A stretch of DNA of 64,000 nucleotides, taken from the NCBI GenBank assembly GCA_044892525.1, contig CM097885.1:49850001-49914000 (forward strand), read 5' to 3'. Made by a program: the position numbers and the translations under genes. Source of the DNA: Schmidtea polychroa (lineage: Eukaryota). This document shows positions 29,806 through 42,932 of the stretch, piece by piece. The notes beneath the pieces were generated by a model. It saw only the letters and a program-made list of their open reading frames with translations, made no database searches and had not been told where the DNA came from. Within the stretch, counting starts at the first letter, position 1. Every line of letters starts with the position of its first letter.

Positions 29806-32458
29806 TCTTTAGAAATAATAATGTTAATAATGAGCTATATGGCTCATTTGAAAGGTCTTGGATTGGGCTTTCAAATGAGCTATCGTTGAATAATTTTCGC
29901 GTACGGGAACTCTGTAAATGTAAATTTTTAAATATGACCTTGAAAAAAAATTTGACCTTGAAAAAAAATTTTGACCTTGAAATAATTTGACCTTGAAAAA
30001 ATAAATGACCTTGAAAAAAAATAATATTTTAAAAAATAATAATAAAATAGTCAAATGACCTTGAAAATGGTCTCGGGAAAATGTTAATAACTTTGCCAAT
30101 ATTAATGATGGTGAGGATCATTATAATTTATTCGAAAGGTCTTGCACCAAGCTTCAAAATAAGCTATCGATCGATGAAATAAGATGAGGGGAACGATACC
30201 TTTTGGCATGCCAAATAGTTGGGCACCGCTAGCACACTTAATAATATTTTGAAAAAATAATAATAAAATAATAATATTTTTTAAAAATAATAATATGATG
30301 ACTCATGTGACCTTGAAAATGACCTTGATGAGTCATAGTATGACTCAGGTGACCTTGAGAATGACCTTGAATGAGGCATATGACCTTGAGAATGACCTTG
30401 GATGAGTCACATGACCTTGAAAATGACCTCGAATGAGTCATGGTCTTTGTTTAAATGACCTTGAAAATCTTTATGACTCATCGGATGAGTCTTATGACCT
30501 TGAAAATGACCTTGACGAGTCGTAGTATGACTCAGGTGACCTTGAGAATGACATTGAATGAGACATATGACCTTGAGAATGACCTTGGATGAGTCATATG
30601 ACCTTGAGAATGACCTTGAATTAGTCATGGTCTTTGTTTAAATGACCTTGAAAATTTTTATGACTCATCGGATGAGCCATATGACCTTGAGAATGACCTT
30701 GAATGAGTCATAGTCTTTGTTAAATGACCTTGAAAATGACCCTGATGAGTCAGAGTATGAGTCACATGACCTTGAAAATGACCTTGATGAGTCATGGTCT
30801 TTGTTTAACCGACCTTGAAAAAAATTTTTGCCCCTTGATGAGTCATATTATGAGTCATATGCCCTTGAAAATGACCTTGATGAGTCATATGATGAGTCAT
30901 GGTCTTTGTTTAAATGACCTTGAAAATTTTTATGACTCATCGGATGAGTCATATGCCCTTGAAAATGACCTTGATGAGTCGTGGTCTTTGTTTAAGTGAC
31001 CTTGAGAAATTTGATGAGTCATGGTCTTTGTTTCAATGACCTTGATGAGTCATATGTCTTTGTTTAAATTTGACCTTGAAAAAAAATGTACTTTTAGACT
31101 TAGAATTTTTTAAAAATTTTACGACGGGGGGGGTACTGTGCTAGCGGTGCCCTGTGCCAGCGGTGCCCAATCCATCTACTAATAATATATTCTTTAAACA
31201 GCTTATGAATAAAGTTAGATCTTTTAACATAGCAACCACGCCGAAGTTGCAATTTATTCGAAGTTGGTGATAATGTAGAAAATTTTATTGAAGAAATAAA
31301 CAAATTTTTGAACTTACTCAAACGCCAGAAGATCACTGAAAAATATTTTTATCAAGGCATTTTTATCAATGGAAGCAACTTTGAAATTTGATCAATGAAA
31401 ACTCAAAATGCTTTTATTAAAATATCAAATTTGGCAAATGAGCTCAAAGATGAACTGGTTCGATTACGGTGTAGTTTAAGTGTAGATTAAGTGTAGTTTG
31501 ACACAACCTGACTGAAGATTACTTGACACTATTTTTAATTCAAAATGCCATTGGAGATAATGAAAGAAAGAAAGATTTGAAACTACAAGGTCTGAAAACA
31601 TTCGAAGAAATGAAAGATAGCATTATCAAATTTTATGAAATAAAAAATGAAAATACTTCTGCTATTCAACTTATATAGATAAATTATGCAAAAGCTACAA
31701 TGTTGAATGAAGATCAAACATGGAATCATGAATGGAAGAATTAAACAAAATCTTTTTGATAGACAAAAAGAAAACTGCATTTTCAACAAGAAACGAAAAA
31801 TATTGCTTCAATTTAATGATGTTTGGAATTTTTGCTGCTTCTGTGACTTTCGGAAGTTAATGAATAAAGTACTTGGACCACTAATCAAATTTCTGTATCT
31901 TAGTTACAATGCGTGGATATTTGAGGTAACATTTAACGAATTCATAGTAAAGACATGATAATTTGGATATCATTAATAAGGTCATCTTAAAGTCAAAGTC
32001 ATTTAAAGGTCAACTTAAGGTCAGTGTCATTCCGAGGACAGTTTAAGGTCAACATATGAGGCCAAAGTCCAATTTTCGCCAATTTAAGGTCAAATTTTCA
32101 AGTCATCAAATTTTTAAAATCAACCCCCTTAACCCCTACCCCATATAATTTTTTTAAAATTTTGTTTTAATTATCAATTAGGTAATAATTAAAATTTTGT
32201 TTAATTCACCGATTATGTCATTGATTTTTATTTTTTGTAAGAACTTTTAATATCAATATACTTGAAATTAAATTCTCTATTAAATAATACTATAACGTAA
32301 ACAAAATTGTGAAATTTCATTTTAAGTACTCCATTTTTGAATTTCCACATCTTTTTAAACAACTTCAGATATTTTCACTCAAACAATATATAGATAGAAT
32401 TCGGGAGGTTACATTTAAAATATCCTTATTATTAATGAATAGAATCATTATTTATTAG

Positions 32459-34627
32459 AACAACAATACTTTTGGGGATCTCTTGAGGTTTAAAATCTTT
32501 ATGGATCCATCCCTCTTACTGGAGAGAACAACGTCTTCACAGTTGCAGCTTCTTTCTTCGAAACCTTCAAACCATAAACTGTTTTTGTAGACTTTTCTAA
32601 GCAAGATTTCATAGAAATTGTCAAACTAGCCATAAACTCAGATATTGTATTAATTAAAGGAAAACCGTTCAAACAAATTCATGGTCTAGCTATGTGTAAT
32701 AACCTTTCGCTGATGCATCATGTAGAATCTAATATTAGATCATTTTTTGAAGATAAAATCCTGACGTGGAAAAGATAAATTGATGAGATTTTCATAGTTT
32801 CCACAGTACCTCTTAATATAATCTTGGCACATGCAAACTCCACTAACACTAATATACAATTCACTCTTGAACTATCTGACCCAGAAGGCAAGATTGCTTT
32901 CTTAGATACCATGATAAGTCCTTCTGAAGGTCCAGACACACTGACATTCAACACAGATTTATTCACTAGAATGCTACACAGTGAACACATTCTTCCTTGG
33001 GAAAGTCAAGTTCCACTCCAACGAAAAATCGCTCTATAAGTAGGAGAAAGAAAAAGAGCAATACGGCCCTGTTCGGACAAAACGAAAAAACAAGAAACCC
33101 TGGAAAACTTTGAAACACGGTTTTTACAAAATGGATACCCAAAGGAGTTCGTAGAAAATACTTTGAGTGAATATAACTCTAATAGACATGTTGGATTTTT
33201 GGTTAATTTAAGTCGGTTACCTCTGACTCCTCGTGTCCTTTAAATCAAAACAATAACGACCCAACGTATATTGAATCTTTGTAAATAGATAATATTCACC
33301 TTTTATTTCTTTAGACTCTCTTGACCCATGTTTTCCTCTTTTCTTGTTTGATTTGTTTCTTTTTCACCCTTTCGTATTCCTATTCTATGTCTTCTTTTCC
33401 CCAATCTCCTTAATTCGTTTTACCTATTCCTAACTCGGTTTCTTCTAACCCTAGCAGAGGCAAAATGCCGATTTGGTCTGATTTTCCCTTTCCTTATATA
33501 CTCCTCGAAATCGGGATGACAAATAGTTATTGCCGAGCCAATCTTTCACTTGACATTTGCTTCCACGTATCTGCTTCGGCTGTCACCCATAATGGTCCAA
33601 CGAACCAAGACAATTAATAGCCCGCCCGGCCTTTCTACACGCATTATCTTCTCCTTGCTCTTTTCCAATTAATCATTGTGTCAAGTTAATGGGCCCAAAT
33701 CTTCCTTCTGTTTATTTTTCTTGTTTACCCAGCTCGGGTTTCCTTCATCTCTCGGGTCCTCCATTGGCTCGGGTTTCCCATTAGCTCGGGTTTTCTATTA
33801 GCCTATTAATTAATTAATTAACGTTTTCCGTTTTTACACATTTGAATGCTTTTCGACCCTTCCTAACCATTTTCTGATAAATCCCTAACCATCATCTTGT
33901 TGACTATTAGCTAATCTATACCTGTCCCGTTTTCCCAATTCTATTTCGATGATTTTACAATTTATTGATTTTTCTCGGATTTCCGGATTCTTGCCTTTCG
34001 TAATTGCTTTTCGCATTTTCTTATACCGCTTCCATCAACCTTTCCTTTACTATCGATTCTGTGCATGATCCCGCTTTTATTTGTCTTTTTTCTCCACTTA
34101 CTTTTTATTTCAATTATTATCCTAAATTTCATTTCAATTTATTTTAATTTACGGACCTCAACAGACATAATACACAAAAGAAACATGTCAATAAGCCAGT
34201 AATTTATCTACGCTTCCTTTTTTTTAACAATAGGACATGTAATACAATCAAAGCTTACATTCGTAATATGGAGTTGCCAGTTCATACTCGCCAAATTTTT
34301 ACAACCGCTGCACCTTTGAAATCACAGCTTCGTAAGTCTCAAAAATCTCTAATATCAGACCTATTTCATCGAGATTGTATATGCCAATCCTCCACCAAAT
34401 GTTTTTGCTTCTCAAAGAACATTGTTTACCAAATTACTTGCACAAGATGTAACGCATCGTACATAGGCGAAACACATAGAACTTTCAAACAAGACTTAAC
34501 GAACACGTCAAGAGCAAAACCAGCAATTATCACGAACACTGGAAAAAAGTGCACAAACCAGCATCACTCTTACACGAAACAAAATGCAAAATGTTACAAG
34601 ATGCGTTCAAAAATTCAACTAAATTAA
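32459..34627 (+). pseudogene. Penelope-like retroelement remnant (RT plus GIY-YIG endonuclease), interrupted by a solo LTR
   Basis: GSLEV*NLYGSIP, FKQIHGLAM.NNLS, WKR*IDEIF, IQFTLE..AFLD, NGYP; then NIVYQITCTRCNASYIGET (GIY-YIG); stops and frameshifts. Confidence 0.9.
33189..34163. mobile_element. Solo LTR (975 bp) inserted in the Penelope-like ORF
   Basis: TGTTG...CAACA termini; 4-bp TSD GACA at 33185-33188 and 34164-34167; removal rejoins the PLE coding sequence. Confidence 0.8.
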
Positions 34628-36693
34628 TATAAAAAATCCCTGAGACGTTTATTTGAATTTAAGTTTAAATTCACGTTTGGATTTAGATTTATATTTAAAA
34701 TTTAAAATTAAAAAAATGTATAAAAAATAAAAAACGTTATTTTTATAAAATAAATATTAAAAAATTAAAAAAAATAAGAAATATTATTTGGGTAATTAAA
34801 ATGAAAATAAAATATAAATAAAATATAATTAATCCAATAAATTTATTATAAAATGCGAAATAAATTTATTTTTTCCCCAACAACAATTGTTAGATGAAAT
34901 AATGATCAAATTCACTTGAAAAGGCAGTGCCGAAAATTCGAGAGTATCAAAAAACATCGATATATTAAAGATTTATAGTCTTCAAGCTCTATTTTTAATA
35001 AATTCAATTTGCATAAATATTTTACAACTGTTGAAATTTTCCGAAATATGTTACTACTTTGTTGCAATTTAATGAAAGATTTCATAATTTTGCAGTAATT
35101 TAGTGTAAAATATTTATTAAATTGTTGCCATTCACTGAAATAATTGTTGCAACTTAATGAATAATTTATAACATTATTGTAATTTATTAAAAGATTTCGT
35201 AATGTTGTTTTCATTTATTGTAATATTTTTATTAATTTTGTAACAATTACCTGAAATAATTTATTATTTTGCAATAATTATATTTAGTGGTTGAATATAG
35301 TTTAAAATACTGTAATAGAAATTATTATTTAATGATGTAATGAATTTTACGGTTTTAATATTGCTCATATGCAAAAACAATACAATATCAACGCATGATT
35401 TTGATTGGTTGACATGTGCTTAACCTCCATGACTTGAATGTATTGAATAATATTAATTTGTGCGTGTGTATGAAATAATGTTAATATGTGCGTGTTTTAA
35501 TATATCTTTACGCACCTGAGTGGGTTTATTGTAATATGAATTAACACATGTAAATTTATTACATGGTGTGTTACTTATCAATTCTAAATAATTTCCTACC
35601 CCTTACTATTTTTGTAATTAAAACATGCTGGTTTTAAATATATTTTAAAAGAAGCAATAATTATATTTAAAATATAGATTTCTCGGAACAATTGAATAAA
35701 CTTAATGTTTACAGATAGTTAAATTATTTGATTGATTTTTAATGAAGATAGATATTTATTTCTCAACGGTGAGTAATAGAATAGAAAATATTATATTGTA
35801 ATTTTATTAAATCTAAATAATAATTAAATAATAAATAAATTCATTAATAGCAATTAATAAAATACTAATTAGTGATTGATAAAATTTTATAATAAATTTT
35901 AATAAAATGAAATAAAATTTCTTAGATTTATTGTATTCAAAGAAACAATTGCAATTAAGAAAATAAATGAAACAGGTTCAAATCAAGAAAGATGTGAAAT
36001 CAAATGTATCATAACTATAAGATATATTTCTTGGTAGATGAAATTCCATATAGATTCTCAAATGCAGTCAAATTGATCAAATATTCAAGTTTCATATAAC
36101 AAAAGATGTTGCAGTAAATAAAGTTTTGAGGAAAATCAATAAGAATCCAAGTTGTAATGAAAATATATTGATCAACAATCGAAATTCCCGTTTTCATGAT
36201 GCGTTTGAAAAAATTGAATATAAAGATGTGGAAAGCTGGTTTGGAAATATTTCAATACAAGGATATAAAATGGATGACAAAAATGTCATATCAGCAATTC
36301 GAGAAAGTGCTCGAATTTCTCTGGGATTTAAATAAATGTTTTATATAATTTTTTAATAGCAGAATGGGTTTTCTTAAGTATAGATGAATAACTTGATTTT
36401 TTAAAGTTGGCTGAAAAAGGCATAGTTTAAGATGTTATGAGTGTGAAATTTAAATTTTGAAGAGATTTAAATTCTATCTATATATTGTTTGAGTGAAAAT
36501 ATCTCAAGTTGTTTAAAAAGATGTGGAAATTCAAAAATAGTGCACTAAAAATGAAATTTCACAATTTTGTTTACGTCATAGTCTTATTTAATAGAGAATT
36601 TAATTTCAAGTATATTGATATAAAAAGTTTTTATAAAAAAATAAAAATCAATGACGAAATCGATGACATAAACAAAATTTCAATTATTACCTA

Positions 36694-36874
36694 ATTGATA
36701 ATTAAAACAAAATTTTAAAAAAATTTTATGGGGTAGGGGTTAAGAAGGTTGATTTTAAAAGTTTGATGACTTGAAAATTTAACCTTAAATTGGCGAAAAT
36801 TGGACGTTGACCTTAAAATTTGCCCTTAAATTGGGGGTAGAGGGGGTAGGAAGGGTTGACCTTAGAAATTTCTA
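36694..36874 (+). repeat. ~180-bp direct repeat flanking Polinton 1 (left copy)
   Basis: Near-identical to 51970-52148. Confidence 0.9.
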
Positions 36875-37816
36875 AGTAGTGTGTATATATACCCAACCCA
36901 AACAGCCCTCCCAACAAAAACATACCTCCATTACGCTTAAACCATTAGAAAAACAACATAAAACCTATGCTTTTATAGTATTTTAACCCCATATTTTAAA
37001 CAACAACCACCCTTAATCTTTAAAGCCTCAAACTCAAAAGCTTCAAACTAAAAAGAGAATAGAAAAGAAAATGGCATTATGAAAAAGTTAGAGGGCTATT
37101 TGGGATAGGGCTATATACACACTACTTTTGATCGCAATCAAACTCCGGAGTTGATCTTTATCAGATTATTGATTTTAAATTATATAAATTAAAAAATAAA
37201 TGAAAAATAGTAAAACTGCTCTGAGGGGACAGTGGTATTTTTTTTTTTCACTGTCCCCTCAACAGTTTTTTTTGATCCGGATCATTTTTTTATTTATCAA
37301 CCTCTTTCGTTTATCAAATCTCTTCCAATATACAAGCTGGCCAGACTCATACATCAGAATCAATCCGATAATAGCAGCACACCTTATTATTCGCTTCTCG
37401 CTCGAATACGATTTCATCGGCGTTTTAAGCGTGCTGCTCGAAAGTACAAATGAATTCGAAAGTGAATCCGAAAGAGGTCCGAAAACAACTGAGAAATAAA
37501 TGTGCACATTAAAGAATCGATCCGGGGGTGTTCGAAAGACAGGTGGCGATAATTACCGGTTCGCCACCATCACCCGTTTCAATAATTTTTTTTTCATATT
37601 TATGTTTAAAAATAAAATAATTAATAAAATAAATAAAATAAATAAAATAAAATAAAATAAAAATAAATAAAATAAAATATAAATCTAAGATACCCACACT
37701 ATTATTTTCAAATTTAAAAAAAAAAAAAAAAACTAACCACAGTTAGGATTTGAACCACCATCCATTTGAACCACGGTGCCAGTCTAGCCCACTGCGCTAT
37801 CTAGGTTTGGATTTTT
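36875..37816 (+). repeat. Left TIR of Polinton 1
   Basis: Reverse complement of 51038-51969 with small indels. Confidence 0.95.
37735..37806 (-). ncRNA. tRNA-like Pol III unit in the left TIR
   Basis: A box TAGCGCAGTGG, B box GGTTCAAATCC and long T-run; mirror of 51048-51119. Confidence 0.65.
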
Positions 37817-37905
37817 GTTATTTTTTATACTGTCACATTATGAAAATAAATATAAAAACATAAAAAATCAAAACAGGATATCCAATAAAAATTTTTTTTC
37901 TAAAA

Positions 37906-40900
37906 ATGAATTGTAATATTTGTAATAAAGTTTTTAAAAATAAAACTGGATTAATTTCTCACTTAAAATCGCAAGCTCATTTATTAAAAGAAAACAATCT
38001 TAATGATACAAATTCAAAAGTTTGTCCTAAATGTAAAGGAAGATTTCTACATTCTGGATATAATAAACATTTTGAAAATTGTATCGGGAAAAATAGAGAA
38101 ATATTTACATGTTCTCATTGTAACTTTTCAACAAAACTAAATTTCTATTATTTAGAACATATAAAAGAATGTAAAAATAAAAAACAAAATTCTGACGATG
38201 AGGAATGTCATTCAGAAGGAGAACCTGATCATGTTGAAAGAGAAAAATATAACTGGGATGATTTTAATCATGTAGATGAATTTCAATTAGAAATCAATGG
38301 ACCTATAACTCCTGGAGAATATATAAATAAAAATAAAAAAAATATTAAAAATTCTTTCACTGAAGCTTTAAAAAATTATAAACCGACAAGGTATAATGTT
38401 ATAAAATATAAAATTATAATCAAAGCAAAATACTGGCGAGGAGCAGAAGAAAAGACAACACCTTTAGATGTTGAAATTGGAATACCCTTTAAATATTTAT
38501 TTTCAACTAAAGGATTTGATAAAACCATCAAAGAAATAATTCAAGCAGTAGAAGCAAAACAAGAAGAGGTTGAAAATGAATTAGGAGATTCAAACTTAGT
38601 ATTCAACTCTTTCCAAACTTTAGTGATTGATTATTGGAGAGGATTACCACCTAATCCTAAATCTTATATTCCTACACCCTTTAAATCTAAAAATGTTATT
38701 AACATACAGAATAATGATAACAAATGTTTCGTCTGGTCAATACTTGCACATTTACACCCTCAAGAATCAAACCCTCAAAGAGTTTCAAAATACAAACAAT
38801 ATGAAAATGAATTAATATTTCCCAAAGGATTCAAACATCCAATGAAACTAGAAGACATTCCAAAATTTGAAAGTTTAAGTAATCTTAAAATTAATATTTA
38901 TGAACGTGTTAAAGGGAAACATGTTAATAGCAGAGAAATTATTCCAATTTATATTTCAGATTATGAAGTTAGAGATAATGAACCCCAGGATAACACTAGG
39001 GAGATATATCTTTTAATCTTGGAACAACAAAATAATCAACATTATGTTTTAATAAAAAACTTTCAAGCTTTTACATCACCAGAGAATCCAACTAGTGGAG
39101 GAGGAACATGTAAAAGATGTCTTCATTATTCAACAACTAAAAACTCTATGATTAAACATACAAGATTTTGTGAAAAAGATGATCCAGCTTTAATTAAAAT
39201 GCCTAATAATCCCAAGATGTATTTTAAAAACTTTTCAAATTTACTACAAACAGTAGGAGTGCTTTATGGGGACTTTGAATCTATAAATCGTAAACAAGAT
39301 TTGGTTAAACAATATTTAAAAATAATAGAAAAAAATAAACTCATGGATTCCTGGAACTCCTCAGGAGAGAAGATGAAACCAGAGAGGATGAAAGCCTTTC
39401 TAAGAAAAAGGAATAAACCTAATAGTGTTAAAAAAACTAAACAATTACCATCTGCTTATAAATTATTATTTAAAAGTAATTATCCTGAACTCATAGAATC
39501 TAGAGAATATTCAATTCTAGGAGGTACCCCTGAAGAAGTCTTGAATCATTTTACTAAAAATATAAATGATCTAGAACATGAAATATTTAAAATATTAAAA
39601 ACAAAGTATCCTCAAAATATTTCTAATCAACAACAACAAGAATATGAAAACACTTCCAACTGTTGGATGTGTAAACAACCATTTGAAGAGTCTCCGAATA
39701 TAAAAGTCCTCGATCATTTCATGATCATTTAAAAAAGGAAAATAATTATCGAGGAGCAGCTCATAAAAATTGTAATCTTAATTGTCATACTCCTAAATTT
39801 GTACCTGTTATATTTCATAATCTTTTTGGTTATGACATACATCTATTTATTAAATATTTAGCAGCAAATGCTAAAAACTCTTTCAAAGTTATAAGACTTA
39901 CAAAGGAAAAATATAAATCAGTTGAATATGGAAAATTAAAATTTATAGACTCGTTAAACTTTCTTCAAATGTCTCTAGATGGAATAGCTAAAACAATGAA
40001 ACCAGAAGATTTTAAAATCACTCGAGAATTCTTGGAAAAAAATAATATTCCTCTAGAAGAATATCCTACATGTTTAGCAAAAGGAATATATCCTTATGAC
40101 TATGTTGACTCGTTTGAAAGATATAATGAAACAAGTCTTCGTAGCCAAGAAGATTTCTATTCACAACTTCAAAAAAATCATATTACAAATCAAGAATATT
40201 CTCGAGCAAATAAAATGTGGGAATTATTCAAGTGTAAAACTTTAGGAGAATATACAAGTATGTATTTATCCTTGGATGTTTATATTCTAGCAGATTGCTT
40301 TGAAGAATTTACAAAATCTTTTGTTCTTAAACCTTACAATTATATAACAGCACCCTCTTTAGCTTGGGATACTTTATTATATACCATTTGGACTTCAAAT
40401 ATAGAAGAAGCTGATAAAATTATAGATCTTTTAACTAACCTCGATATGTTTAATCTAATTAAAACAAACATTAGAGGAGGAGTCTCTTCAGTAATGGGGA
40501 ATAGAGAAATAAAAGCTAGAAATGCAATAACTACTAGCAGAATGCTTTCAAAGACCTCTGATCCATATATAAAAATTAACAATGAGGAATTAAAAGAAAT
40601 ATTAGAAAAAATGAAAAATCCTATATTTATACTTTATATAGATGCAACCGCTTTATATTCAGGAATTATGACTCAATATTTACCAATGGGTGATTTCATT
40701 GAAATAGAATCATCAAAAGAACTTATAAAAGAAATACTTTCAACATCTAAAGATTCTCCAATAGGTTACTTTGTAGAATGTGACTTATTATATCCAGATG
40801 ATATAAAATCAGGAACAAGATATTTCCCATTAGCTCCTGTAAGAAGAAAGATTGATATCAACGAACTTTCTGAATGGCAAATCTCACAAGATAAACCCCC

Positions 40901-41963
40901 AACAATGAAACTTCTTTGTGATCAAACAGATCGAAGGTTTTATCTTTGTCACTATAGACTCCTCCAATTTTATCTTTCACGAAGTATGATATTAAAAAAA
41001 GTTCATAGTGTCATAAGATTTAAACAGAGGCCATTCATGAAAGCTTTTATCGAGGAGAACATTAGATGTCGAAACATTGCAAAAAGAGAAGGTAACCTTT
41101 TTAAAGATAATAATTATAAACTTTTAAACAATTCAGTCTTTGGGAAGACAATGGAGAATGTTGATAAATATACTCATATTGAACTCCTAAATAATACTGC
41201 CAAAGATATTAAGCGTTATAATCGTATGCTAGGAAAGCCTACATTTAAAAACGCACAAGTATTTTCTGAAAGTCTTACTGCAATAGAACTAAAGAGTTTT
41301 GAGAAAACATACAACAAACCAAAATTTATAGGGTTTTCAATTTTAGAACTTTCAAAATTACAAATGTATGAAACATATTATAACATCTTACAACCTATAT
41401 ATGGTTCTAATATATCACTGCATGCAATGGATACAGATTCAATGTTTTTAACAATAAGAACTCATGATTTACAAAGAGATATAGCTGAAAATCCTATACT
41501 TTCAAATTTAATAAATTCAACTGGAGAATTATTTTCATTTAAAGATGAAAAACCTTTTACTCCTATAGAAAATGGAATATTTATTCGTGCTAAACAATAT
41601 TCATACGAAACATTTAAAAACCCTGAATTTATAACCCGAGAAATTATATTTAAAACCCCAGAAAAAGAGGAAATTATTTCATTTAAATATCCTATATTCC
41701 CTAAAGGACCAGAGGGACAAGAAGAAAAACCTGTAAAGGATAACAGATGTAAAGGAATACAGAAATCCGTTGCAAAGAATCTTTCTCATCAAGATTATAT
41801 AGATACATTGAATCCAAATCATAAAGATAAAATTGATGAAGTGCATCAGATTAAAAGCGAAAACCATGATATTCACTTGATAGAATCTCAAAAAGTATCA
41901 TTATCAAATTATGATGATAAGAGATTCATCCTAAGTGATTTAAAGACAACTCTTCCTATATGA
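37906..41963 (+). pseudogene. Protein-primed family B DNA polymerase (pPolB) with N-terminal Zn fingers; single frameshift at ~39718
   Basis: INIQNNDNKCF, YGDFES, DHDH..YRGAAH..CNL, FHNL.GYD, FIDSLNF, KGIYPYDY, YIDATALYS, KLLNNSVFGKT, DTDS; removing 5 nt (39718-39722) joins the two ORFs. Confidence 0.95.
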
Positions 41964-41999
41964 AATAATTTAATACCGATAATAAAAAATCTAGAAAAG

Positions 42000-42227
42000 T
42001 TGAATAAGTTATATGATACAAAAATTACTGATCTTGATATTTATAATGTTGAAATCATTTATCCCGAGAGAGAAATCGAGAAGCCTTTATATTCTCAAGT
42101 TTTTAATCCTATATGTTTAGAACTTAAATATTTTAATACTGATCCTGAATATATAAAAGGTCTAAGTGATAAAGAATTTAAAGATCATAAATTAATGATT
42201 CAAAGGTTGGCTTTCAACGATATTTAA
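42000..42227 (+). CDS. Small Polinton hypothetical protein
   Basis: 75-aa ORF between pPolB and the convergent structural block; no ATG at the ORF start. Confidence 0.35.
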   Translation: MNKLYDTKITDLDIYNVEIIYPEREIEKPLYSQVFNPICLELKYFNTDPEYIKGLSDKEFKDHKLMIQRLAFNDI

Positions 42228-42321
42228 TTTTTTAATAATAAAATGTCGACAATTAATTTAAGCAACTATAGCAACCTGATCTACTTTTTTAAAAATACAC
42301 CCATTTTATATATTTATAATT

Positions 42322-42924
42322 TTAAGAATTCTTTAACCATTTCTCTCGTTTAATATTTTTAGAATATTCATTAATTATAACATTAGCGCTTTTTAATCTA
42401 TTAATATTATTTTTAATATCTTGTATTATTTGATTTGATTTCATTATTTCATCATCAGTTAAGATTCCATCTTCCAAAGCTTTTAATTGAAATAAAAATA
42501 ATTTAGAGATTCCTAATTCTATTGATAAACAAACTTCACGATATAAACTTTTCTTTTTAGAAGTATAAGATAGTGAAACTATTTCAGTTAGGAAACCATC
42601 AGCTACTGAAATACTTCCAAGTATTACAGGTGCAATTGTTAAAACTGGTAAAGTTATAGGTAAAATAACTGTTAATATTGCAGATGCAAATCCTAAAGAA
42701 TAACCTATAACTTTTAAAACTGTATTCCCTTTATTCCATCTATTTTTAATTTTTTTATAATGCTTTAATAAATCTTGTAAATGTAAGGTTTCTGATTTAA
42801 ATTCTTTTACTCTCATAATTTCAAGTTCTGTGGGAGCTGAAGGTCCCGAAGGTCCCGAAGGGTTGGGGGAATAATATCCTGATGACAATTCTGGGTAAAT
42901 TTTTTCTTCTCTTACTTCTTCCAT
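42322..42924 (-). CDS. Polinton membrane protein (two hydrophobic helices) with YPEL and PSAP motifs
   Basis: IYPEL..PSAP, coiled coil, hydrophobic hairpin, DG.LTDDE; resembles a recurrent Maverick accessory gene. Confidence 0.75.
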   Translation of the reverse strand: MEEVREEKIYPELSSGYYSPNPSGPSGPSAPTELEIMRVKEFKSETLHLQDLLKHYKKIKNRWNKGNTVLKVIGYSLGFASAILTVILPITLPVLTIAPVILGSISVADGFLTEIVSLSYTSKKKSLYREVCLSIELGISKLFLFQLKALEDGILTDDEIMKSNQIIQDIKNNINRLKSANVIINEYSKNIKREKWLKNS

Positions 42925-42932
42925 TTTAATAA

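Noticed and set aside
37200..37697. ORFs inside the Polinton TIRs (also 51350-51615)
   Set aside because: Frames differ between the two TIR copies because of indels; no motifs
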